IMG/VR virus record: IMGVR_UViG_3300037439_000017
Span: 1 to 35,820 of that record
DNA: 35,820 nucleotides
Source: a virus
Lineage: Duplodnaviria; Caudoviricetes
Strand: one strand, 5' to 3'
Below the pieces are notes generated by a model. The model was not told the DNA's origin. It saw only the letters and a program-made list of their open reading frames with translations, and did no database searches. Both the position numbers and the translations under genes were made by a program. Below, piece by piece: positions 23,861 through 32,443 of this stretch (position 1 is the stretch's first letter; every line of letters starts with the position of its first letter).

Positions 23861-24615
23861 TGGTAGCGGCCCTCGATCAGGTCGCTCATGTCGTCTTGCC
23901 AGTTGCGCCAGGAGCGTGCGTCTTTCGCTAGGGCCTTCAGGGTTTCGTCATCGGCGCCAGCCGCCCTCGCCTGCCTGAGCAGGGTGATTGCAATGCCTTC
24001 ATGGACGTAGTTGAGGCGGTTTCGCAGGATGCCCCTGGCGTACCGGAGGCCTGATTCATCGGGCTTGCTGCGGTAGTTGCAGATGCCGCCGAGCTTCGAG
24101 AACGCCAGCGTGGCGCTATCGCGATCAACTACAGCGGCGTACTGATCCTTGGCGATATCCATGCCTTCAAGCACTGCGGTCAGGCCAAACTCCCGAATCA
24201 ACTTTTTGAGGCTGGCCACTGCCGCATCGTTGGTGATCGCCCAGCCTGTGAATGTCTCGGCGAAGTGATCACGCGCCGCATCAAGCTGCAGTTGATCAAT
24301 CGTCTTCAGGCCCTTGCGCCAATCCAGCATCATTTTCAGCTGCTCACGACGCTCTGAGAGGTCCGCCAACTGCTGGCGCTGTTTGGACAGCGTGGCGTTG
24401 TCATCCAGTGGCGTGGCGCCCTTGCCGCTGTTGCAGTCCACGCAAGACGTGATGAGGTTCAGAGGATCGTTGTCGCCTCCGCGACTGACCGGGTCGACGT
24501 GATCAACGTGCAAAACAACGTCAGGGGCCTTGGATCCGCAGTACTGGCACATGAAGCTGTCGCGCTTGAATACCTCGAAGCGGACCTTCTTGCTGATCGC
24601 CTTTCTCTTGGCCAT
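23857..24615 (-). CDS. HNH endonuclease-domain protein
   Basis: ATG at 24615; RFEVFKRD.F.CQYCG, LHVDHV.P...GG.....NL.TSC..CN.GK. Confidence 0.85.
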   Translation of the reverse strand: MAKRKAISKKVRFEVFKRDSFMCQYCGSKAPDVVLHVDHVDPVSRGGDNDPLNLITSCVDCNSGKGATPLDDNATLSKQRQQLADLSERREQLKMMLDWRKGLKTIDQLQLDAARDHFAETFTGWAITNDAAVASLKKLIREFGLTAVLEGMDIAKDQYAAVVDRDSATLAFSKLGGICNYRSKPDESGLRYARGILRNRLNYVHEGIAITLLRQARAAGADDETLKALAKDARSWRNWQDDMSDLIEGRYQ

Positions 24616-24794
24616 TACGCGGCCAGCTCGATCGGCAACTGGGGCGAAGGCTGGCGCTTGGCCTCGTCCCGCGCGACCTGGCGGGCGTGGAGGATCTGGT
24701 ATTCCATGCGCTGCTCGGCGGTCGTCTCGCCGGACAGGCACTCTTCCCGGCAGCGGCGGAAGCGCTCGAGGACGATCTCGTCGCGGCGGCTCAT
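24615..24794 (-). CDS. Hypothetical protein
   Basis: ATG at 24794 (ATGA overlap); 59 aa. Confidence 0.55.
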   Translation of the reverse strand: MSRRDEIVLERFRRCREECLSGETTAEQRMEYQILHARQVARDEAKRQPSPQLPIELAA

Positions 24795-25195
24795 GCTGCG
24801 ACTCCGCGAAACGCTGCGATCAGGACCTGTTTGTCGTGCTCGGCCTGACTTAGCCGCTCGCGCAGTTCCCGGTTCTCCCGCTCGACATCGCTCTCGAACC
24901 GACGCAGGCAGCGCGGGTCGTAGCCCCGCTTGATCAGCCAGTAGACGAGCCACGCCTCGCTGCCGGTGGCGTCCATCATCCGGTCCAAGTGGTCTTCGGA
25001 CGGCCTGGCCGTGCCCTGCTTGACCTTCGCTAAGGTGCTGGCGTCGATCTCGGCTTCGATGGCGACGGTCTTTTCCTGCAAGCCGCTCATCGTGATCATG
25101 GATCCGATCGCCGCGGCTTCGGTCTTCCAGCCCCACTCGCTCTCAGGGACCGGGCGAAGCGGTCGCTTGACCTTCAAAACTAGGGCTGTCCCCAT
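24791..25195 (-). CDS. CII-like transcription regulator
   Basis: HTH SGLQEKTVAIEAEIDASTLAKVKQG plus C-terminal coiled coil; position after cro. Confidence 0.7.
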   Translation of the reverse strand: MGTALVLKVKRPLRPVPESEWGWKTEAAAIGSMITMSGLQEKTVAIEAEIDASTLAKVKQGTARPSEDHLDRMMDATGSEAWLVYWLIKRGYDPRCLRRFESDVERENRELRERLSQAEHDKQVLIAAFRGVAA

Positions 25196-25352
25196 GGCGT
25201 TCTACCGAATGGAATTACGTGGAAGGTCGTGTTCAGGTCACAAAGACGGCCCGATCCCTTGCGAGACCGAGCCGTGATTTCAGTGCGTTTTGAGGCGTCC
25301 GCCGCCGGTGTAGGCTGGGAGTGCGACCCCACCAACCTCAACGGAGGCGGAC

Positions 25353-25598
25353 ATGAAAGACGAAGCCGAGCGCATGCACGCGGTCGCGACATGGCAGATC
25401 GATGTGTCCGACGATTTCACGATCGCGACCATCAAGCCGATCGCCATTCGGTTCGAGAAGGCGGATACGGACGAGTTCTACGATTTGCAGCCTCTTTCGC
25501 TGACAGTCGGCGTATTGCGCCGATTTCACGCGGAGTTAGAGGGCCTGCTGCAGTACATGGAAAGCGGTGGAACCCGCCATCCCGGCACTCGGCAGTAG
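25353..25598 (+). CDS. Hypothetical protein antisense to the PR operon
   Basis: GGAGG RBS; 81 aa protein-like sequence filling the cro-cII gap. Confidence 0.55.
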   Translation: MKDEAERMHAVATWQIDVSDDFTIATIKPIAIRFEKADTDEFYDLQPLSLTVGVLRRFHAELEGLLQYMESGGTRHPGTRQ

Positions 25599-25615
25599 GT
25601 GCGACCTCTCCCACC

Positions 25616-25843
25616 TCAGGCAGCCTCGCCCACATCTGCCGGCGCATCGCCGAATACGTCGGGGCGCAGGTCGTGGCGCGTTACCTGTCCGCCGGTTGCG
25701 TCCTCGATCGCGAGGCAACGCTCCGCCGGCACCTGGCCGCGCAGGCGCCAGTTGCTGACGACGTTTTGGCGTAGCCCGATGGAATCAGCCAGCTTTCCAA
25801 CGCTGCCGGCGATGTCGATTGCACGATCAAGGGCTGTCTTCAT
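25616..25843 (-). CDS. cro: Cro-like repressor (YdaS family)
   Basis: ALDRAI..AGS...LA..IG..QNVVSNW..RG.VPAERC..IE.AT.G.VT..DLRPDVF. Confidence 0.9.
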   Translation of the reverse strand: MKTALDRAIDIAGSVGKLADSIGLRQNVVSNWRLRGQVPAERCLAIEDATGGQVTRHDLRPDVFGDAPADVGEAA

Positions 25844-25850
25844 GCCCGCG

Positions 25851-25919
25851 AGTATCACGCTGCGTGATTTGGAAGTCAACACGTCGCGTGTTAGACAGTT
25901 ATCACGCAACGTGAAGAAT
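25851..25919. promoter_or_regulatory. OR region: three operators and divergent PR/PRM promoters
   Basis: ATCACGctgCGTGAT (25854), AACACGtcgCGTGTT (25878), ATCACGcaaCGTGAA (25901); PR TTGACT-17-GATACT (minus); PRM TAGACA-16-AAGAAT (plus). Confidence 0.85.
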
Positions 25920-25925
25920 GGGGGT

Positions 25926-26459
25926 ATGGACTTCCCCACCCGTTTGCTGCGCCTCCGTGAAGCCGCCGGCCTCAAGCAGGAAGAACTTGCCCTGCGGTGC
26001 GGATGGGCTGGCCAGAGCCGAGTTGGGAACTATGAAGCCGGCTCACGGAAGCCCAGGTTTGACGACGTTCCAGCGCTGGCAGCAGCGCTGGGTGTCCATC
26101 CCGGCGAACTGTTCGAAGACCTGCCGAGCGTTCAGGGGACATCTCACGCCGCGCGACTGAATGCCAATAAGGTCACGGTCACGACACAGGCACTCCTTCG
26201 GTTCCTCCGTCGTCGCGACCCGCAGGCCGTGTTGGACCTGTCGGATCCCGACGATGCAGAGCTGTTTGCAGCCACGTATGAAGAAGCCATCGCCCTGCCT
26301 TCTGAGCCATCCTCTCAGGACCAGCAGTTCTTTGGCGCCCGTGTCGACAGTTTGATTGAGGCTCGGGAGGCCAAGCGAAATGAGCGAAAGAGAAGTGAGC
26401 CAGCTGGTGGCGATACTGGAACGGAAGTTCGGCGCAAGCGTACCGGGTCGAAAGCCTGA
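25926..26459 (+). CDS. cI: CI-like repressor (XRE HTH, no recognisable S24 peptidase domain)
   Basis: RLLRLREAAGLKQEELA..GW.GQSRVGNYE.G.R.P; divergent from cro. Confidence 0.85.
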   Translation: MDFPTRLLRLREAAGLKQEELALRCGWAGQSRVGNYEAGSRKPRFDDVPALAAALGVHPGELFEDLPSVQGTSHAARLNANKVTVTTQALLRFLRRRDPQAVLDLSDPDDAELFAATYEEAIALPSEPSSQDQQFFGARVDSLIEAREAKRNERKRSEPAGGDTGTEVRRKRTGSKA

Positions 26460-26790
26460 CCTACGCGCGGTTCCCACACCACCACCGATACCAGCCAGGC
26501 GCTTTGACAGCATCACCCGGGCGAGCCACATCGACCGGATTCGCTACTTGGCGCGGGGATATGGCCTTGGCTGGCTGATTGATCAGGCGACGTTCGACCG
26601 GCCCGGGCTGGAAACGCTCGAGGACGACGAAATCATCGCGCTGCACCGCGACATGGATCGCGCCATGGAATGCCGGCGTGATGGAATATCGTTCGAAGAC
26701 GCCGACCTTGTGCGGCCGCAGTCAACACCTGAGGGGGTGGAATATGAAATGGACGATTGGGGCAATGACGATCTGCGCATGGCTGGCTAG
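26380..26790 (+). CDS. Hypothetical protein overlapping the cI 3' end
   Basis: GGAGG RBS, ATG at 26380; 136 aa. Confidence 0.7.
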   Translation: MSEREVSQLVAILERKFGASVPGRKPDLRAVPTPPPIPARRFDSITRASHIDRIRYLARGYGLGWLIDQATFDRPGLETLEDDEIIALHRDMDRAMECRRDGISFEDADLVRPQSTPEGVEYEMDDWGNDDLRMAG

Positions 26791-27274
26791 CAGCTGCTCG
26801 ACATATCAGGTCGTTCCGACCACGAATAGCGAGCCCGGAAGCCGTTCGGGACAGGTCGACATCCTCTACTCGACACCGCAGCGGCCCTACCGCTCCGTCG
26901 GGATGGTGTCGGCGCGCAAGTACAAGCCCGGGTTCGTGGATCCGACCGTCTCCGATGCCTTGGTCCAACTCCGTTCGGCCGGGCAACAGGTAGGCGCCGA
27001 CGCGGTCATCGTGCGCAACAAGCAGGCCAACGACGGCCGGCGCGTCGTGACCGTCGAGGGCGAGGCCATCCAGTACACGGACGTCGCCACCACGGGGTCC
27101 AGCGCCTCGGCTGCCAGCGCAGCCTCCGCGAAGGGATTCTCCAGTGGCCGCGGCTGCGGCTCCCCTTCCCTGCTTAGCGACGCCAACGGCGTAACGCTGT
27201 ACCAGGCACAGTGTCCGAGCGGCGCCACGCTGATCCTTGAGTGCCGAGGCGAATCCTGCAACGCGAGGAACTGA
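26744..27274 (+). CDS. Lipoprotein (YbjQ/RcsF-like core plus Cys-rich tail)
   Basis: ATG at 26744; signal peptide with LASS-C lipobox; LR..G...GADAVIV; four C-terminal Cys. Confidence 0.75.
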   Translation: MKWTIGAMTICAWLASSCSTYQVVPTTNSEPGSRSGQVDILYSTPQRPYRSVGMVSARKYKPGFVDPTVSDALVQLRSAGQQVGADAVIVRNKQANDGRRVVTVEGEAIQYTDVATTGSSASAASAASAKGFSSGRGCGSPSLLSDANGVTLYQAQCPSGATLILECRGESCNARN

Positions 27275-27276
27275 CG

Positions 27277-27531
27277 ATGGCGACCGCTCCCTGCCGCGTC
27301 TGCGGCCACCAGGTCAGCGAGCATGCTCCGGCCTGCCCACAGTGCGGAGACCCCACCGCGGCGCGCTACGGCCACGCGCCGGGGAAGAAGACCAATCCGT
27401 GGATGATCATCGGCTGGATCATCCTGGCAGCGCTCCTGCTGCCACTGGTGACCTGCATGGGGATCTTCGGCACGGCGGCAGTGAAATCCGGCCAAGAGCG
27501 TGCGGAACGCTCGCTTCAGGCGCCCAACTGA
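27277..27531 (+). CDS. Zinc-ribbon membrane protein
   Basis: CRVCG..VS..A..CPQCG followed by a TM helix; GAGGA RBS. Confidence 0.8.
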   Translation: MATAPCRVCGHQVSEHAPACPQCGDPTAARYGHAPGKKTNPWMIIGWIILAALLLPLVTCMGIFGTAAVKSGQERAERSLQAPN

Positions 27532-27546
27532 GGCCCTGAAATAAAT

Positions 27547-27588
27547 ATCACGTAACGTGTTGACATAGGAATCACGTTATGTGATGCT
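27547..27588 (+). promoter_or_regulatory. OL operators and PL promoter
   Basis: ATCACGtaaCGTGTT (27547) and ATCACGttaTGTGAT (27571); TTGACA-17-GATGCT. Confidence 0.85.
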
Positions 27589-27631
27589 CCTCCCATCGCC
27601 CCACCACGGGGCCAGCCGCAAGGCAGATGGG

Positions 27632-27838
27632 ATGACCAGCTTCCGCACCGCGCTTCAAGCCCTGTTCGGCCCGCCCGCACCGGTGGCGCCGCAGATCGCC
27701 TTCCACGGCCCCGTGCTGGCCGAGCTTGACGCGGTGCTGGACGGCACGCAGTCGCTGCTCGCGCGCATCCACGCCGACCAGCCGCGCCTGTTCCCGACGT
27801 TCCATGCCCGCTGTGGTGATTGCGGCGGTGCGGCGTGA
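27632..27838 (+). CDS. Hypothetical early protein
   Basis: First ORF after PL; GTGA-coupled to the next gene. Confidence 0.55.
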   Translation: MTSFRTALQALFGPPAPVAPQIAFHGPVLAELDAVLDGTQSLLARIHADQPRLFPTFHARCGDCGGAA

Positions 27839-28080
27839 CCGCCCCCGTTGATGTGCTGGCGGTGCCCGTTGATTCCATCGAGCGCATCGTGAGCGCGGCA
27901 CTCGGGATCATGGCGAAGAGCGCGTCCAATCGCGAGCCGGGCGAATCGTTCGAACAGGCCGACATTGTGAGTGCCGTGCTGTCTGATCCGCATGGCAGCA
28001 CCGCACTTCATCTCGCGACGCTGATTGGAACTGGCCTCAGCCTCTATCCGGTGTATGCCGCCCTGGCGGTGCAATCGTGA
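27835..28080 (+). CDS. Hypothetical early protein
   Basis: GTG start; TAPVDVLA N-terminus shared with 35403. Confidence 0.55.
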   Translation: MTAPVDVLAVPVDSIERIVSAALGIMAKSASNREPGESFEQADIVSAVLSDPHGSTALHLATLIGTGLSLYPVYAALAVQS

Positions 28081-28310
28081 GCGCCGGGCTGTTGGCGGTG
28101 TTCGATGCGCTCGACGGCAACACGAGCACGCTGGAGTTGCGCGCGCAGGTAATCAAAGCCCGCGCCGCAGTCGAGGAGTTGATGCTCAGGGCCGACACCG
28201 CCGCGACGGCTCTGTCGAACCTGATCTCTGCCGGACAAGTGAACGAGGGTTATAGCGGCTACGTCACTGATCTAACGGACGCCCTCGCCCGCTGCGGAGC
28301 CGTGTCGTGA
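28077..28310 (+). CDS. Hypothetical early protein
   Basis: RAAV.E and ARCGA motifs shared with 35403. Confidence 0.6.
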   Translation: MSAGLLAVFDALDGNTSTLELRAQVIKARAAVEELMLRADTAATALSNLISAGQVNEGYSGYVTDLTDALARCGAVS

Positions 28311-28558
28311 GCCGCAACTGCCTCGGCCACGTCGAGCCGCTGCACCAGATGCGCGCCTATCGCCAGCGCACGAAGCCCTACGTCGAGGACGGCATGGGCT
28401 GGCGTGGTTCTCAGGTCTACGAAGCCGAGCGGCGCATGTACCTGGCTGCGCGCCGTCGCGCCATGAAGACCGTCGATCTTCCTTCCGACTCCGCGCACCT
28501 GCTGCCGAGTGCGGCGACGTGCGCGCATTTCAACAACCTCGCGAGGAAAGCCGCATGA
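28307..28558 (+). CDS. Hypothetical early protein
   Basis: Coupled overlaps at both ends. Confidence 0.6.
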   Translation: MSRNCLGHVEPLHQMRAYRQRTKPYVEDGMGWRGSQVYEAERRMYLAARRRAMKTVDLPSDSAHLLPSAATCAHFNNLARKAA

Positions 28559-28737
28559 ACCGCAAGTTCCGCAAGGACAACCCGTTCTGGCAGTCGCTGC
28601 AGGCGCAGCTCGACGAGGCCACGCCGCTGCCCGAGCCGCCTGATTCCAGGCCGCTTGTCGAGCCCGCAGAGGTCGACGTGAAGCGCACCCGTTTGGAACT
28701 CGAGCGCATGAAGCGCCGCAACCTGGAGGCAGCATGA
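28555..28737 (+). CDS. Hypothetical early protein
   Basis: GAGGA RBS; ATGA overlaps. Confidence 0.6.
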   Translation: MNRKFRKDNPFWQSLQAQLDEATPLPEPPDSRPLVEPAEVDVKRTRLELERMKRRNLEAA

Positions 28738-28934
28738 GCGCTCAAATCTTCCAGTTCCGCCCGTTCCAGAACGCACGCGACGAGGCAAGGAAGTATTGCC
28801 CGAGCATGACGAAGCAGGCGCTGGCACAGGTCCGCGAGGAACAGCAACAGGGCCACAGTGGATCGTGGGTCGCCGGTCAGATCATGCAGCTGCGGATGGC
28901 GTGCGCGCCGACGCCGCCGAAGGATGCCGCGTGA
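28734..28934 (+). CDS. Hypothetical early protein
   Basis: GGAGG RBS; coupled. Confidence 0.6.
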   Translation: MSAQIFQFRPFQNARDEARKYCPSMTKQALAQVREEQQQGHSGSWVAGQIMQLRMACAPTPPKDAA

Positions 28935-29164
28935 ACGCGCGCCTGGCTGTCCGGCTGCTGCGCGAGCCCAAGCTCGTCACCGTCGCAGTGCCGAAGGTAC
29001 CCGTGCGTCTGACGCCGATCGCATGGGGCATGCGTGACCCCACGACCGCGCGCGCCGTCATGCAGAACATCGTCGACACGACGCCTGGCATCCACATCCC
29101 GTGGAACCTGCGCGACGCCAAAACGCGGCGATTGCTGCATTCACATCGGGTCGGTGTGTCGTGA
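28931..29164 (+). CDS. Hypothetical early protein
   Basis: AAGGA RBS; GTGA overlaps. Confidence 0.5.
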   Translation: MNARLAVRLLREPKLVTVAVPKVPVRLTPIAWGMRDPTTARAVMQNIVDTTPGIHIPWNLRDAKTRRLLHSHRVGVS

Positions 29165-29682
29165 TCGTGCGCGATTCCACCCGCGTTGTCCTGTCGTGCG
29201 TCGCCGGCGTCGTGCTCGCTGGCGTCGCGCTGGTCAGCGTCGACGTGCCGGCGGAGCGACTGGATGACATCCATCCGGGCCTGTGCGAGTCGCTGTACCG
29301 CAGGCCCGGCAAAGGCGACCAGCGCCCGCTGATCGAAGTCGGCAAGGGCGCGGACCAGGCGTTCACCGTGCTCAAGCATCCGGGTCTGGAGCCGCTGCAG
29401 TTGAAGCAGAAGTTCCCGGGCTACGAGCTGTCCGTTGCCACCCCTGAAAACGATCCGGAAGAGGGTCTTTTCTTCCCCGATGGCGAGGTCAAGAACTTCA
29501 AGATCACCCCGCACGAGGGCGGCACCACGAACGTCGCCTTCTCGGTCGGCACGCCTGTGGATGAGGACGAGATTGCCGGCCTGCTGCCGTTCCTGCGCAA
29601 CCCCGATGCCGTCATCACGCTGACCGCGCCGACGAAGCAAACGGCCAAGGACACCGAAGAGCCGCAGCAGGACGCGGCGTAA
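29161..29682 (+). CDS. Hypothetical phage protein (hydrophobic N-terminus plus beta-rich domain)
   Basis: GTG at 29161; LD...PGL..SLY and F.I.P.EGG motifs. Confidence 0.6.
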   Translation: MIVRDSTRVVLSCVAGVVLAGVALVSVDVPAERLDDIHPGLCESLYRRPGKGDQRPLIEVGKGADQAFTVLKHPGLEPLQLKQKFPGYELSVATPENDPEEGLFFPDGEVKNFKITPHEGGTTNVAFSVGTPVDEDEIAGLLPFLRNPDAVITLTAPTKQTAKDTEEPQQDAA

Positions 29683-29786
29683 CGCGCTCGTCGAGTTGCG
29701 GCGACTTCGGCGTCCCCTCGCCGATCCCCTGGAACCGCTGGCCCGGCGGACCGCAGCAGGGCAACTATTCCTAGGAGAGCACCGAA

Positions 29787-30593
29787 ATGCCCAAGCCATC
29801 CCAAGCCATGTCCGGCGAAGTGCTGGATGCAATGCCGCCCGCGCAATCCAGCGCGCTGAAGACGCAGGTCAACCCCTATCTCGGCATGGTGCAGACCATG
29901 GTCGCGCAAGGCGGGGACCTGGCCAACCTCGACAAGATGCTTGACCTCCAGTTGAAGTGGGAGGCAAACGAAGCCCGCAAGGCGTATGTCGCCGCGATGG
30001 CTGCGTTCAAGGCCGAGCCGATGGAAATCTTCAAGCGGAAGCTGGTCAGCTTCAAGACGAATTCCGGCAAGACCGAATACATGCACGCCGAGCTTTCCGA
30101 TGTGACCGACACGGTCGTGCCAGCGATGGGCAAGCATGGACTCTCGCACCGCTGGGACGTGAAGCAGGAAGGCAAGAACATCACGGTTTCCTGCACGATC
30201 ACGCACGCGCTCGGCCACGCCGAGACCGTCACGATCACCGCCGAGCCGGACACGTCTGGCGGCAAGAACGCGATCCAGTCCGTCGCATCGACGATCAGCT
30301 ATCTGGAGCGCTACACGCTCCTCGCGGCGACGGGCATGGCGACCAAGGGCATGGACGACGACGGCCAGACGTCCGAAGGCAATGGCGGAGATACGCAGGC
30401 CGATCCCGTTGCCGACAAGCGCGCCGACTGGATCAGGGTTGCCGACGGCCTCGAAGATCCGATCGAGTACGAGAAACAGCGCACCCTGATGGTCGCCGAC
30501 TACGGCACCGATCCGAAGCTGATCCCGGTGAGCGTCAAAACAGCGTTCGCCAATGCGAAGGCGCGCGTGACCCCGCGGGACGTCGAGGAATGA
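29787..30593 (+). CDS. ERF-family single-strand annealing protein
   Basis: Y.HAELSDV...V.P.MGKHGLS, V.C.I.H..GH.E, KNAIQS..ST.SY..RYTL.A..G motifs. Confidence 0.88.
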   Translation: MPKPSQAMSGEVLDAMPPAQSSALKTQVNPYLGMVQTMVAQGGDLANLDKMLDLQLKWEANEARKAYVAAMAAFKAEPMEIFKRKLVSFKTNSGKTEYMHAELSDVTDTVVPAMGKHGLSHRWDVKQEGKNITVSCTITHALGHAETVTITAEPDTSGGKNAIQSVASTISYLERYTLLAATGMATKGMDDDGQTSEGNGGDTQADPVADKRADWIRVADGLEDPIEYEKQRTLMVADYGTDPKLIPVSVKTAFANAKARVTPRDVEE

Positions 30594-31213
30594 GCGCTCC
30601 CATCTACCACCCTGGAATCGTCCAAAACACGGAAGCATGGGACGACATCCGCCGCGGCAAGTGGACCGCGAGCAATGGCGCCAAGATCATGGGCGGGCTC
30701 GAGACGCAGGGCCTGAAGGATCTCGTCAAAGACCTGGCGTGGGGCCGCGCGATCGGCAGGCCGGACCGCGGCTACAACGGCAAGTCGATGGAACGCGGCC
30801 ACGAACTGGAACCCGAAGCGCGCAACAGTTTCGCGTTCGACTTCGATGCGGTGATCGAGCAGGTCGGTTTCGTCGAGCATGGCCGCATCCCCTACTTCGG
30901 CTGGTCGCCGGACGGCTTGCATGCGAAGCGCCGCCGCGGATTGGAGATCAAGTGCCTGGAACACAAGGCGTGGATCGACTTCTTCCAGCGCCCGCAGGTG
31001 CCGTCCGAATACGTCTGGCAGACGAAGATCGCCTGCATGGTCGGCCAGCTGGATGCCCTCGACTTCTACGTCTATCACCCTCTCGCCGGTGGCATGGCCA
31101 TCACAGTCGAGATCACCGACACCGACAAGGACCAGATCGAGGGGCGCATCGCGCTGCTTGAGCCGCGCGTGCAGGCGCTGGTCGATCGCCTACTGGAAAG
31201 GAAAGCAGCCTGA
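30590..31213 (+). CDS. YqaJ / lambda-exonuclease family nuclease
   Basis: Q.TEAW...R.G..TAS, M.RG.ELEP.AR, SPDG, LEIKC, Y.WQ motifs. Confidence 0.9.
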   Translation: MSAPIYHPGIVQNTEAWDDIRRGKWTASNGAKIMGGLETQGLKDLVKDLAWGRAIGRPDRGYNGKSMERGHELEPEARNSFAFDFDAVIEQVGFVEHGRIPYFGWSPDGLHAKRRRGLEIKCLEHKAWIDFFQRPQVPSEYVWQTKIACMVGQLDALDFYVYHPLAGGMAITVEITDTDKDQIEGRIALLEPRVQALVDRLLERKAA

Positions 31214-32175
31214 TGAACGCCCAAGTCAAAGAAACCTCGCAAGCCCTGCTGCCGATCGAGTCGATCAACGCCGTCGAGGTCTTCAAGGACCGGGGCAAGC
31301 TGGATGAACTGTTGACGCGCATCCGCGCCGCGACAGCGACGCTGGTGCCGGACGTGACCACGGAAGCCGGCCGCAAGCTGATCGCCTCGACCGCCTACAA
31401 GGTCGCCAGGTCGAAGACAGCGATCGACGATGCCGGCAAGGACCTGGTCGAAGGCTGGAAGAAGCAGGCCAAGGTCGTGGACGCCGAGCGCAAGCACGCG
31501 CGGGACACGCTCGATGCGCTGAAGGACGAGATCCGGGCGCCGCTGGACGAATGGGAAGCCGAGGAAGAACGCAAGGAGCAGGCGCTGATCGAGGAAGCCC
31601 GGATCCGGCGAGAAGAAGAAGAAGCTACCCGGCTGGCCGACATCGAACGTCGCGAGGCTGAAGTCCGCGAGCGCGAAGAACGCGCCGCCGCGGCCGAGCG
31701 TGCCGAAGCCGAACGCCTTGCTGTCGAGAAGGCCGAGGCGGAGCGGGTCGAGCGCGAGGAACGTATCCGCCAGGAAGCGCAGGAAGCCGCGCAGCGCGAG
31801 GCTGACGAAGCCGTCGCCACTGCACAGCGGCAAGCGCAGGAGGCCGAAGAACGACAGCGAGCGCAGGCAGAGCAGGCAGAACGCGACCGGATCGCCGCCG
31901 CCGAGCAGGCGGAGCGGGATCGGGTGCAGGCCGTGGCCGACGCCGAGCAGCGTGTACGTGACGCAGCAGCTGTGATCGAGCGCGAGCGACTCGTCCGGGA
32001 AGAGTCCCAGCGCGTCGAGGACGAACGCCGTGCCGCCAGCCAGAACCATCGCCGCGCCATCAACCGCAAGGCGCTAGCCGCGCTCGTGCAGAACAACGTC
32101 GACGAGACGGAAGGCAAGCGGATCATCGAACTGATCGCGACCGGCAAGGTGCCGGCCGTGTCGATCCAGTATTGA
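31213..32175 (+). CDS. Phage coiled-coil protein (E/A/R-rich)
   Basis: PDVTT..GRK.IAS.AYKVARSKTAIDD.GK N-terminus; long coiled coil; I..G.VP.V.I.Y end. Confidence 0.8.
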   Translation: MNAQVKETSQALLPIESINAVEVFKDRGKLDELLTRIRAATATLVPDVTTEAGRKLIASTAYKVARSKTAIDDAGKDLVEGWKKQAKVVDAERKHARDTLDALKDEIRAPLDEWEAEEERKEQALIEEARIRREEEEATRLADIERREAEVREREERAAAAERAEAERLAVEKAEAERVEREERIRQEAQEAAQREADEAVATAQRQAQEAEERQRAQAEQAERDRIAAAEQAERDRVQAVADAEQRVRDAAAVIERERLVREESQRVEDERRAASQNHRRAINRKALAALVQNNVDETEGKRIIELIATGKVPAVSIQY

Positions 32176-32185
32176 GGCCGGCCGC

Positions 32186-32443
32186 ATGTTCGACGAATCG
32201 AACTCGTCAGCGCTGGCACCCGCCGGCTGGGGATGGCCGCCCGGCTTCAACCTGATCCAGAAGGGGCCGGCGGAACTGCCCGTACTGCCGCCAGGCGCGC
32301 GAATCACGCATCGCGTGATGGAAGCGATCCAGATGGCAGGCCCGGACCTGCGCCGCACGCTGACCTCGCGAAAGCTGATGGACCGCTACGGCATCACGCG
32401 CTCCGTCGCGCACGACGCGCTGCACAGGACGGCCACGCTGTGA
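32186..32443 (+). CDS. Hypothetical protein, possible HTH
   Basis: LTSRKLMDRYGITRSVAHDAL; GAGG RBS. Confidence 0.6.
   Translation: MFDESNSSALAPAGWGWPPGFNLIQKGPAELPVLPPGARITHRVMEAIQMAGPDLRRTLTSRKLMDRYGITRSVAHDALHRTATL

Noticed and set aside
24915-24932. Array 1 self-target in the cII-like gene (RGY codons; similar in the gene at 26380)
   Set aside because: Only 3 dinucleotides match, which is chance level
42-24933. Long plus-strand ORFs opposite late and replication genes (e.g. 7434-8813, 16414-17955, 21513-22730), and minus-strand ORFs opposite the early genes
   Set aside because: These are shadow ORFs from high GC3; they have no motifs and overlap well-supported genes
31213-32175. TolA or a DNA repeat element
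   Set aside because: The E/A/R-rich coiled coil explains the low complexity; there is no TM anchor
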